From positions 201,658 to 265,657 of the forward strand of contig JAOTVB010000003.1 in NCBI GenBank assembly GCA_029863605.1: 64,000 nt of DNA, read 5' to 3'. The notes under the pieces are model-generated. The model had not been told where the DNA came from and did no database searches. It was given only the letters and a program-made list of their open reading frames with translations. The DNA is from Myxococcales bacterium. GTDB taxonomy: Bacteria > Myxococcota_A > Polyangia > Polyangiales > Houyiibacteriaceae. Shown here one piece after another: positions 24,153 to 32,500 of this stretch (positions are counted from its first letter, which is position 1; every line of letters starts with the position of its first letter). Position numbers and translations under genes: made by a program.

Positions 24153-26959
24153 TGGGTTCCTCGGATCTCTACCTGCACAACCCAATAATTCATCGAGACC
24201 GTCGGTTGGGTGAGTCGGAGTCGGACTGGGTGCGATCGTTTTCATGCGAAGACATGTCGATCTTGATCGTATGTCGGGGGCCGGTTCGTCAGGAGGCGCT
24301 CGACACCTTCGCGGAGATGGGGATCAGCGAGGCGGGGATCCTGCTGTCGGAGAAAGACTCGATCGTCTATCCTCGAGCCCTTGCTCCCGAGTTGCGCCGG
24401 CTCGATCCATCGCGCGTCCATGCGGTCGCCGACTACACCGGCGCCACCAAAGAGGAGCGCGCCGCCCGCATTCAAGAGATCATCCAGATCGCCAAGCAAA
24501 ACGGCTACGACTACATTTTTGCGGGCTATGGCTTCATGGCGGAGGACGAAGAGTTCGTGCGCTCGATCGAAGAGGCGGAGCTGCGGTTCATCGGGCCTGG
24601 ATCTCACACTGTGCAAGCGGCGGGCTTCAAAGACGAGGCTAAACAGACGGCAGAACGCATCGATGTCAGCGTGACTCCTGGCGTCAACAACGTGACCGCC
24701 CGCCTCTTGCTGCGCAAGCACGGTGACCGCGCCGCGTTGAAATCCGTCGCTTCCAAGCATGGGCTCGAGGTTCCGGAGCTCAGCGAAGACAGCTTGGCGA
24801 TCGAAGACGTCGCCGACGCGGTTCTCGCTGCATCTTACGATGCGGGCATCGATCTCTACACGGTCGACGAGCTTGCCGAGCAGATCCGAATTGAAGTGTC
24901 CGCGATCCTCGAGGCGCACCCCGGTAGACGCATTCGCCTCAAGGCGATCGGAGGCGGCGGCGGCAAGGGCCAGCGCATCGTTCGCAGCGCTGACCGGGTA
25001 CCGGCGATGGTCCGCGAGATCCTCGGCGAGGTGAAGGCACTAGGGGTAGGCGACAACAAGAACCTCCTCGTCGAGCTCAACATCGAGACAACGCGGCACA
25101 ACGAAATCCAACTTCTTGGGAACGGCGACTGGTGCATCTCACTCGGGGGCCGGGATTGTTCGTTGCAGATGCACGAACAAAAGCTGCTCGAGGTTTCGAT
25201 CACTCAGGAGACACTCGGCGAAGCGATCGAGCGCGAGCGGGAGGCGGGGAACGAAGAGCACGCCGCTGCGATCGGTCAAGACCTCGCGATTCTTCGTCGG
25301 ATGGAAGAAGAAGCAGAGCGCTTCGGTCAGGAAGTGGGCCTAGACTCCGCGTCGACTTTCGAATGCATCGTCGATGGTGCTCGACACTATTTCATGGAAG
25401 TGAACACGCGAATCCAGGTCGAGCACCGCGTCTCGGAGCTCTGCTATGCGCTACGCTTCCGAAACCCAAACGACGCCGAGGATTACTTCGATGTGACCTC
25501 GATCGTCGAGGCCATGGCGCTCCTCGCGAAGCACAAGGGGAGGCTTCCACGACCGGGGCGCATTCGACGCGATGGTGCCGCGGTCGAGGCCCGGCTCAAC
25601 GCAACCGACCAGTCTTTGTCTCCGCACGCAGGAGGAGAGATCATATTTTGGTCGGATCCGATCGAAGGCGAAGTGCGCGACGATCAAGGGATCTGCTTCA
25701 AGAATCCCGATACCGGGCTTTTCATGCGCTACAAGTTCGCAGGCGCCTATGACAGCAACATCGCGCTCTTGGTCACCACGGGCGACGACCGGCGCGCGAG
25801 CTACGAGCAGCTGCAAGAGGTTCTTCGCCAGACTGTGCTTCGGGGACCGGACCTTCAGACGAACCTACAATTTCATTATGGGCTCGTCAGTTGGTTCCTG
25901 GCGAACGGCGTGGACGCCAAACCCACGACCCGTTTCGTCGTGCCCTACCTGACATTGATGGGCGAGCTCCTCGATGAGGCCAACCATATCGACGTCGACT
26001 ATGCCTATAAGCGGCTATGCAGCCAGTATCTCGGGGTCACGGCGGGCGACTCCGGCGCGACGAAGGCGACCGATGAAGTCATCCAGCTGAAGGCTACGCT
26101 GCTAGGGCGGCCACTTCGCCGACTGCTTCGCGAGCCGCACCTTCTTTCGGCTTGGCTCAGCACCCATCGCCGAGACTACGACGTCAGCAATCGTCGGGTG
26201 ACGTGGCACCGCAATCCACTCCTGCTTCTGGCGGACACCTATCGGCTTCTACACATGGAAGCGAGCGTCGATGCACCGGCTGCTCACCGCATTTGGGAGC
26301 AAGACCAACTCGTGCTCGATGAAGGCGAGGCGTTCTACGCGGCGGTCGCAGATCGAATCGGTGAGACTTCGTGGCCGGAGCTCGATACGTTGCTTCGCGC
26401 CGAGGCCCCGGCGGCCGGCTTCGAGTCAGCCGAATGGAAGCCAGTTCGTGAGGCCCACCTCGGGTTCCAGCTCGGCACGGAGCTACTCGGGCTTCTGCCC
26501 TTGCTCGCCGAGAAAGTTGGCTTCTACGACCTGCGGGTCAACGACGACCTAACCATCACGATCCCCGAGCGCCTTCTCGATGTGGACCACCAGGTCAAGA
26601 TGAAGAAGGTCCTCGTCCCGCCGCCCGCTAACAAGGCGGACGAAATCGTCGCGGTCAGCGGCGGCATGTACTACGCACAGGAAGCGCCAGGCATGCCGAA
26701 GTTCGTCGAAGAGGGGCAACACTTCGAAACGGGCGACCCGTTGTACGTCGTCGAAGTCATGAAGATGTTCAACAAGGTGTACGCTCCTTTCTCGGGCACA
26801 ATTGACAAAATTCTCGTCGAGACCGACGGCACGATCGTCTCCAAGGGCCAGCCACTGTTCAAAGTCACCCCGGACGAGCAGTTCGTGGAAGTCGACCCCG
26901 CGCAGTTCCAAGCCCGGGTCGAAACCACGACAGAGGAATACCTCAACAAAGTCGCCTAA
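24152..26959 (+). CDS. biotin carboxylase fused to biotin carboxyl carrier domain (acyl-CoA carboxylase alpha), unusually long
   Basis: ATP-grasp/BC motifs are present: FAGYGFMAEDEEF, KAIGGGGGKGQRIV, MEVNTRIQVEHRVSE. The C-terminal biotinyl motif EVMKM lies at 26753-26767. The start overlaps the preceding stop by 1 nt. Confidence 0.85.
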   Translation: MGSSDLYLHNPIIHRDRRLGESESDWVRSFSCEDMSILIVCRGPVRQEALDTFAEMGISEAGILLSEKDSIVYPRALAPELRRLDPSRVHAVADYTGATKEERAARIQEIIQIAKQNGYDYIFAGYGFMAEDEEFVRSIEEAELRFIGPGSHTVQAAGFKDEAKQTAERIDVSVTPGVNNVTARLLLRKHGDRAALKSVASKHGLEVPELSEDSLAIEDVADAVLAASYDAGIDLYTVDELAEQIRIEVSAILEAHPGRRIRLKAIGGGGGKGQRIVRSADRVPAMVREILGEVKALGVGDNKNLLVELNIETTRHNEIQLLGNGDWCISLGGRDCSLQMHEQKLLEVSITQETLGEAIEREREAGNEEHAAAIGQDLAILRRMEEEAERFGQEVGLDSASTFECIVDGARHYFMEVNTRIQVEHRVSELCYALRFRNPNDAEDYFDVTSIVEAMALLAKHKGRLPRPGRIRRDGAAVEARLNATDQSLSPHAGGEIIFWSDPIEGEVRDDQGICFKNPDTGLFMRYKFAGAYDSNIALLVTTGDDRRASYEQLQEVLRQTVLRGPDLQTNLQFHYGLVSWFLANGVDAKPTTRFVVPYLTLMGELLDEANHIDVDYAYKRLCSQYLGVTAGDSGATKATDEVIQLKATLLGRPLRRLLREPHLLSAWLSTHRRDYDVSNRRVTWHRNPLLLLADTYRLLHMEASVDAPAAHRIWEQDQLVLDEGEAFYAAVADRIGETSWPELDTLLRAEAPAAGFESAEWKPVREAHLGFQLGTELLGLLPLLAEKVGFYDLRVNDDLTITIPERLLDVDHQVKMKKVLVPPPANKADEIVAVSGGMYYAQEAPGMPKFVEEGQHFETGDPLYVVEVMKMFNKVYAPFSGTIDKILVETDGTIVSKGQPLFKVTPDEQFVEVDPAQFQARVETTTEEYLNKVA

Positions 26960-26977
26960 AGGGGGGCGGTCCCTTTC

Positions 26978-26994
26978 TCGAACATAGTGTTCGA
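26978..26994. terminator. short hairpin between convergent genes
   Basis: tcgaaca tag tgttcga forms a 7-bp stem with a 3-nt loop, followed by aaaag. Confidence 0.3.
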
Positions 26995-27007
26995 AAAGAT
27001 CCGCACC

Positions 27008-28093
27008 CTAGAGTGTGTCGTCGCGGCCGGTGGCTAGGACGACCCGATTTCTGCCGCCAGCTTTGGCGCGAAAAAGCGCGCGATCGGCAGTCGTCATCAA
27101 TCGTGCACGGAGATTGCTCGGGGGTCGCCCGTTACAGCGACGCAGCCCGCTGAGAGTTGCGACGCCCACCGAGACCGTGATCTTCGGAAGCACACCGGCG
27201 GGTCGCATCGGTCCCGCGGTGCTGGCAGCGACGTGACTCCTCAGATGATCAGCGAGTGCCCGTGCGCTCTCTTTCGAGGCGTGCCTCTGCACGACGACGA
27301 ACTCGTCACCCCCAAAACGAAAGACGGAACCGATACCTGCGGCGGCCTCATCAAGAGCCTTGCCCGTTCGTTTGAGGGCCTCACTGCCGGCGGCGTGTCC
27401 CAGCTTACTATTCACTTTTTTCAAGTGGTCCACGTCGACGAACATCAGCGCCATGTCCCTTTCGGCTCGCCGCGCCGAGCTCACGGCTCGTCTGAGCTCG
27501 CTGCCGAGCTCTCGTATGTTGCGTAGACCCGTCAGCGGATCGTGAGCCGCGAGAAGCTCTTGCTTCCTCAGCGACGTCGTTTGGATGAGCGAAGTCGTGA
27601 CGTATCGGCTGAGGCCAGCGATCAGTTGCGCTTCGTGCTCGGTGAACCGTTCCTTGGGGTTGACGAGCTGCAGCAGACCGAGGTTTTGATCGCCGTCGTG
27701 AAGTCGGCCGATGATTGCCTGTTTGGTGCGCCGCGAAGACCCGGACCGAAATTGTGGATCGGGATCTGATTCCGAGATCACGAGCGGTGTTCGTCGAGCG
27801 AGCGCACGCGTGGCAAGGGCACGGTTGAAAGGCTGACCGTGCTCGAGAACGTGCTTTGCTTCTGGCCCGAAAGCGGCAACGCAGCAGAGCGCGTCTCTAC
27901 TTCCACCTACGAAGATCGCGCCAGCGCTGGCTCGCACCCCGAGCGCAGCCGCCTCGAGCCCCTCTTCGAGCACACGCACGACTGGACGCGCTCGCGAGCT
28001 CGACGCCCCGAGAAGGGATTCCTCGAGCTTTGCCCCCCTCAAGGTCTGGATCCGCACCCTCCAATCGTAGAAAGTCCCGGTCGAACAAGCCAA
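27008..28093 (-). CDS. GAF-like + GGDEF diguanylate cyclase
   Basis: DPLTGLRNIRELGSEL...MALMFVDVDHLKKVNSKLGHAAGSEALK...VFRFGGDEFVVV shows an intact GGDEF active site. The N-terminal ~170 aa are GAF-like. Confidence 0.8.
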   Translation of the reverse strand: MACSTGTFYDWRVRIQTLRGAKLEESLLGASSSRARPVVRVLEEGLEAAALGVRASAGAIFVGGSRDALCCVAAFGPEAKHVLEHGQPFNRALATRALARRTPLVISESDPDPQFRSGSSRRTKQAIIGRLHDGDQNLGLLQLVNPKERFTEHEAQLIAGLSRYVTTSLIQTTSLRKQELLAAHDPLTGLRNIRELGSELRRAVSSARRAERDMALMFVDVDHLKKVNSKLGHAAGSEALKRTGKALDEAAAGIGSVFRFGGDEFVVVQRHASKESARALADHLRSHVAASTAGPMRPAGVLPKITVSVGVATLSGLRRCNGRPPSNLRARLMTTADRALFRAKAGGRNRVVLATGRDDTL

Positions 28094-28179
28094 TCGAGTC
28101 CGACATTGTGGTGCGTTGTAAGTAACGTTTCACTTGAATACCGCGTAGAATGGAGGACCGTGGAGTTGGAGGGCCCTGG

Positions 28180-31100
28180 ATGAGATGCGAGCGTGTATGC
28201 GCCCTGCTGTTCTTTCTTACGCTAGTTAGCTCCGCTGCCGGCTGTGGAAAGCAAAAGGCACCGATCGATCGCGTCGGGACCAACGCAGTAGAGAAGCGCT
28301 TCTTCGAGAACTCGTCTTGGTATTTCAGTCGCACCGTCATCGACGTCGATTACGAAGGCGGTCAGCTCGGCAGCTTCCCAGGCGACGCGGCGCTCGACTT
28401 TCAAGGCTCTGACCTCGCGTCGATACCTCGCATCCGCTGGGTGATCGAGGAGAAGACGCTCCTGGCGTTCCGAGACTACGAGCTTCTCGAGGGCGCCAAC
28501 CCCGGCTCGCCGGAGCCAGGCACCATCCTCGGTCAACCGGTTGCCGCATTCGAGATCGAAAAGCATTTCGACATTCGCCGCGCGTACGCGGATTCTACCG
28601 GTGAAGAGCTCAACATCATCGAGGAGAACGACACCGACCGACCTTGGTACGAGCGCGAATTCATGCGTGTGAATTGGGCCGACAACATCCTACCCGGATA
28701 TTACGGCCAAGTCAGCGAGCTGAACGAGCTTCTCGGGCTGTTTGAAAGGCAGTCGGCCAATCTCTTCATTCAGGCGGAGTCGGAGTTCCCGGATTCCTGG
28801 CGGCTGCGCTTCCATTTCATGCCGTGCGACGGGCTCGAAGACGAGAGCGAAGATTGCGGACAGCACGAAAGGTCATGGGCGGCGGACTATCCGCAGGAAG
28901 AGCTCTACGCCTTCGACTTCGTGACCCAAGAGCTCCTCGCGCCAGGCACCGTCATCGATCCCTTCGAGCGGGTTCCGGTCAACTTCTGCGATTCGAACTT
29001 TACTGACGCCCCGCTATGCACGAGTGCATCGATGTACGTGAGAAACAGTTTCTTGCGGGTCAGCGATCAGCGCCAGTACCAGTCCGTGAACTGGGTCGAC
29101 TCTCGTTTCGAGCGGGCGGGCTTTTTCCGGCTCGAGCGCCCGACAGTCGACCGATCCACCGGCGCAGACGACCCAGCGTTTTTCGAGACCGATTTCCTGA
29201 ACTACAACATCAATCGCCACAACATCTGGTACGAGTGGTGGGACGAAGACGGCGCTCCCATTCCACATGCCGAGCGCCGCGTGCGACCAGTGATTTTCTA
29301 CACGACGCCGGAGCTTCCTGCGCATTTGGTTCAGACGAGCTTCGAAGTCGCTGCTCGTTGGAACGAAGTCTTCATGCAGACGGTGCGGCGCCTTCAGGGC
29401 CGCGCTGAGGCGGAGTTCCCTGACGTGGCATGTCAGGACGAGAAGCCCGATGGGTACTGTGCTTGTGTTCGCGACCCGGACACGGGGGCGGTTTTCAATC
29501 CGACGTGCCCAGGGCGATACGACCCCTTCGAGACGCCGGCGCAGGCCGAAGCACGCGGGGTTACAAACCCTTACGACTGCCGTGTGGAGGTCCCCGACGG
29601 TGCGCAGCCTGACCTCGATCGCGCCGACCTCAGCGATGAGCATTTCAACGGGTGGTTTGGCGCTGAGCAGGTGGGTTCCGAGTGCGTTCTTCGGCTCCGG
29701 ATCAACAGCTGCAACAAAGCCACGATCGCAGCTAATGACGACACGATGGAGGGCCTCGAGTGCCAGGAGCGCGGCGACTCACGGTTCAAGTTCCTGAGCT
29801 ACGTCGATCAGCCGGGCACGGGTTTCCTCGGTATTGCGACGCTTCGTGGGGATCCGGTTACCGGTGAAATCCTAGTCGGTGACGCCAACATCGGGGGCCC
29901 AGCACTCGACAGCTACCGCACCACCGCACTTCAGATGTACGACCTCATCAACGGGGATCTGACCGACGAAGAGTTTCTGACCGGGGAGGACGTCCGCCTC
30001 TATCTAGAGAATCTCGATCGGGTGCAGTTGCCGGCCCGACCCCGGATCGATTTCAACGTCGCGCTCAAGCATGGGAGCGCGCTACCCATCGACGTGCAAA
30101 GTATCGACAACCGCATGGCGGCCTTCGCGAGTCGTGCCGATGCTCTCGCGGGGCCAGCAGGGCGTGCCGCGACATACATCGATCGTCGCGCCGATCTCGT
30201 CGGCACGAACATCGAGCACCGGGTGATGGAGAGCTTCGAGACCCTGATGCTCGCAGGCATCGAAGTCGTCCCCGACGGTTATGGCCCAGCAGACATCAGC
30301 GACGCCATCCTCGACCAGGTGTCGCCCTTCCGCGCACCGATGCACGAACAGATGCGGAAGCTCGCGGACCTGGAGACCGCCGCCTCTCGAAACAACGTGA
30401 TGATGCCGAACGAGTTCGTCGACAACTCGGTCCTCTTCTTCGTCAACCAACACAAGGACTGGCCGCGAGCACGCATCGAGATCGCGCTCAATCAGCTCCT
30501 CTATTTTCACACGCAGCTTCATGAGCTCGGCCACTGCCTCGGGCTTCGACACGACTTCGGCGCGTCCGCCGACACCGAGAACTACGACGATGAGTACTAT
30601 CAAATCGCGCAGCGATTCCCGTTGCCCGACCCTGCCGATTACGACGTCGATGGCACGTCCGGGTTGAACGCCAACGAGCAGATCGCGTTCGAAAGCGCGC
30701 TCGACGCGATGCGAGAGAAGCGAGAGCTCGCGGGGATCGACTCTCACATGGACTCGTCGGTGATGGAATACATCGCACAGTGGTACGGTCGCACCACAAC
30801 TGAGGCCGGCCGATACGACGTGGCCGCGGTGAGCTTTGGGTATGGCGACCTCGTCGAGCTCTATGACAATCGCGGAGGCCTCCACATAAGCGACATCGAC
30901 CCGACCAACGCTGACCGGGTCTGGGCGAAGTACTATCAAGGCGGCGAGGTCTGTGACTCCGATGCAGACTGTCCGTTTTCCGAGTTGGGCCCTCGCAGCG
31001 CCGAGCTGAGCGGCGTCAACATGGCGGCCGGGCTGACGCAGTCGTGTGTCCCGCACCCCCGGGGGGCCGCCACGCACGGCAGCCTCTGTTCGAGCTTCGA

Positions 31101-32499
31101 CGACGATGCGGCGGCTCTTGCCCTCGGCGATCCACGCGGCCCGTACTTGCCTGTGAGCTATCGCTTCTGCTCGGACGAGCGCGTTGGGACGTTAGGCTGG
31201 TGCCACCGCTTCGACGAAGGAGACAGCTACCGCGAGATCGTGCGAAACCTCGCCGAGCAGTACGAGCGCCAATACATCTTCACCAACTTCAGACGCTACA
31301 GGTCGGACTTCGACATCGGGCCGTACATCTCGAACCGACTCGTCGGCCGTCACTTCACGATCTTGCAGGCAGTCTTCCGCAACCTGATCTACCGCTACCA
31401 AACCGATCCATCCTTCCGCAATGATACCAACGACTTCGGCTTCTATGACCAGTTCATGGCGAGTGCCGACGTGCTCAACTTCTATGCGAGGGTGCTCGGT
31501 CAACCGGACATCGGCTCGTACCTGTTCGACCCCGTCACCGGGAACTTCGAGCGTGCGAGCTCGGTCCCGGGCCTTCCCGGATCGGAGCTCGACCTCTCGA
31601 TCGGGCTCGGGCGGTACTTCTCGTCCACTTATCAACGCGGGCTCACCGGCATCTCTCGCATCGAGCGCATCGGCTCGTTCTACGACAAATGGATCGCGAT
31701 CCAGATGCTGACCGATCGCGGTGGCGCGATGGACTACACGCGCGATGTGCCGTTCTGGGTGAATTTCCACGACCTCTTCCCAATCGAGATGCAGCAGATC
31801 TTCCAAGGTATGATCCAAGATGAACCCGAGTCGATCTCACCCCGGGTCGTTTGCGGCACGCCCGGCCCGGGAAGCGTGTGCAACGACCCGCGCGTCGTGT
31901 ACATGGACTTCTATCGCGGGGACTGCTCCGCACCGGAAACCTGTAGGCCCGATCCGGTCGAGGAAACCTACGCGGGCCTCGATGTCGTCGATGGTGGGAG
32001 CTCGGTGTTACTCCAGTTTCTCGCAGCGGCTTTCGCCCTCGCAGATTTTCCGGTCTTCTTCGACACGACTTTTCAGAACCAGCTCTTCATTTGTGTCGAG
32101 GGCGAGGGGGATTGCTTCGCTCCGAGCGACGGATCGGTCGAGGGTGTCGACTTCGTGCGGCATAGCTCGACCAGGTTCGGAAAGACATTCCTCGCCTTTC
32201 AAATCGAGCCTGCGATATCGGTGCCCAATCAGGAGTCGATCGGCTTCAACATGGTCAAGGAGGCTTCAGACAACGCTTTTGTCATCGACGTCCTCGAGCG
32301 GATCGGGAACGGAGAGACGGTGTCGCAGGTCGAGCTCGATCAGCTGACCACCGCCGGTTATCGCATTCCCGCGGATGCAGCTGAGGCGGTCTCAGACCTC
32401 AACATACTCGATCGTCGACAGCGAAACCTCGAATCGTTCTTCTTCCAGTTGATTGACCTTCAACGTCAGCTCGGCATTGCCGGATACTTGAGGTTCTGA
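28180..32499 (+). CDS. giant lipoprotein with metzincin zinc-metalloprotease core (DUF4953-like), paralog 1
   Basis: Lipoprotein signal MRCERVCALLFFLTLVSSAAGC. Zinc site HELGHCLGLRH (30520-30552). Met-turn-like SSVMEY (30754-30771). About 1,440 aa. Confidence 0.8.
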   Translation: MRCERVCALLFFLTLVSSAAGCGKQKAPIDRVGTNAVEKRFFENSSWYFSRTVIDVDYEGGQLGSFPGDAALDFQGSDLASIPRIRWVIEEKTLLAFRDYELLEGANPGSPEPGTILGQPVAAFEIEKHFDIRRAYADSTGEELNIIEENDTDRPWYEREFMRVNWADNILPGYYGQVSELNELLGLFERQSANLFIQAESEFPDSWRLRFHFMPCDGLEDESEDCGQHERSWAADYPQEELYAFDFVTQELLAPGTVIDPFERVPVNFCDSNFTDAPLCTSASMYVRNSFLRVSDQRQYQSVNWVDSRFERAGFFRLERPTVDRSTGADDPAFFETDFLNYNINRHNIWYEWWDEDGAPIPHAERRVRPVIFYTTPELPAHLVQTSFEVAARWNEVFMQTVRRLQGRAEAEFPDVACQDEKPDGYCACVRDPDTGAVFNPTCPGRYDPFETPAQAEARGVTNPYDCRVEVPDGAQPDLDRADLSDEHFNGWFGAEQVGSECVLRLRINSCNKATIAANDDTMEGLECQERGDSRFKFLSYVDQPGTGFLGIATLRGDPVTGEILVGDANIGGPALDSYRTTALQMYDLINGDLTDEEFLTGEDVRLYLENLDRVQLPARPRIDFNVALKHGSALPIDVQSIDNRMAAFASRADALAGPAGRAATYIDRRADLVGTNIEHRVMESFETLMLAGIEVVPDGYGPADISDAILDQVSPFRAPMHEQMRKLADLETAASRNNVMMPNEFVDNSVLFFVNQHKDWPRARIEIALNQLLYFHTQLHELGHCLGLRHDFGASADTENYDDEYYQIAQRFPLPDPADYDVDGTSGLNANEQIAFESALDAMREKRELAGIDSHMDSSVMEYIAQWYGRTTTEAGRYDVAAVSFGYGDLVELYDNRGGLHISDIDPTNADRVWAKYYQGGEVCDSDADCPFSELGPRSAELSGVNMAAGLTQSCVPHPRGAATHGSLCSSFDDDAAALALGDPRGPYLPVSYRFCSDERVGTLGWCHRFDEGDSYREIVRNLAEQYERQYIFTNFRRYRSDFDIGPYISNRLVGRHFTILQAVFRNLIYRYQTDPSFRNDTNDFGFYDQFMASADVLNFYARVLGQPDIGSYLFDPVTGNFERASSVPGLPGSELDLSIGLGRYFSSTYQRGLTGISRIERIGSFYDKWIAIQMLTDRGGAMDYTRDVPFWVNFHDLFPIEMQQIFQGMIQDEPESISPRVVCGTPGPGSVCNDPRVVYMDFYRGDCSAPETCRPDPVEETYAGLDVVDGGSSVLLQFLAAAFALADFPVFFDTTFQNQLFICVEGEGDCFAPSDGSVEGVDFVRHSSTRFGKTFLAFQIEPAISVPNQESIGFNMVKEASDNAFVIDVLERIGNGETVSQVELDQLTTAGYRIPADAAEAVSDLNILDRRQRNLESFFFQLIDLQRQLGIAGYLRF

Positions 32500-32500
32500 G

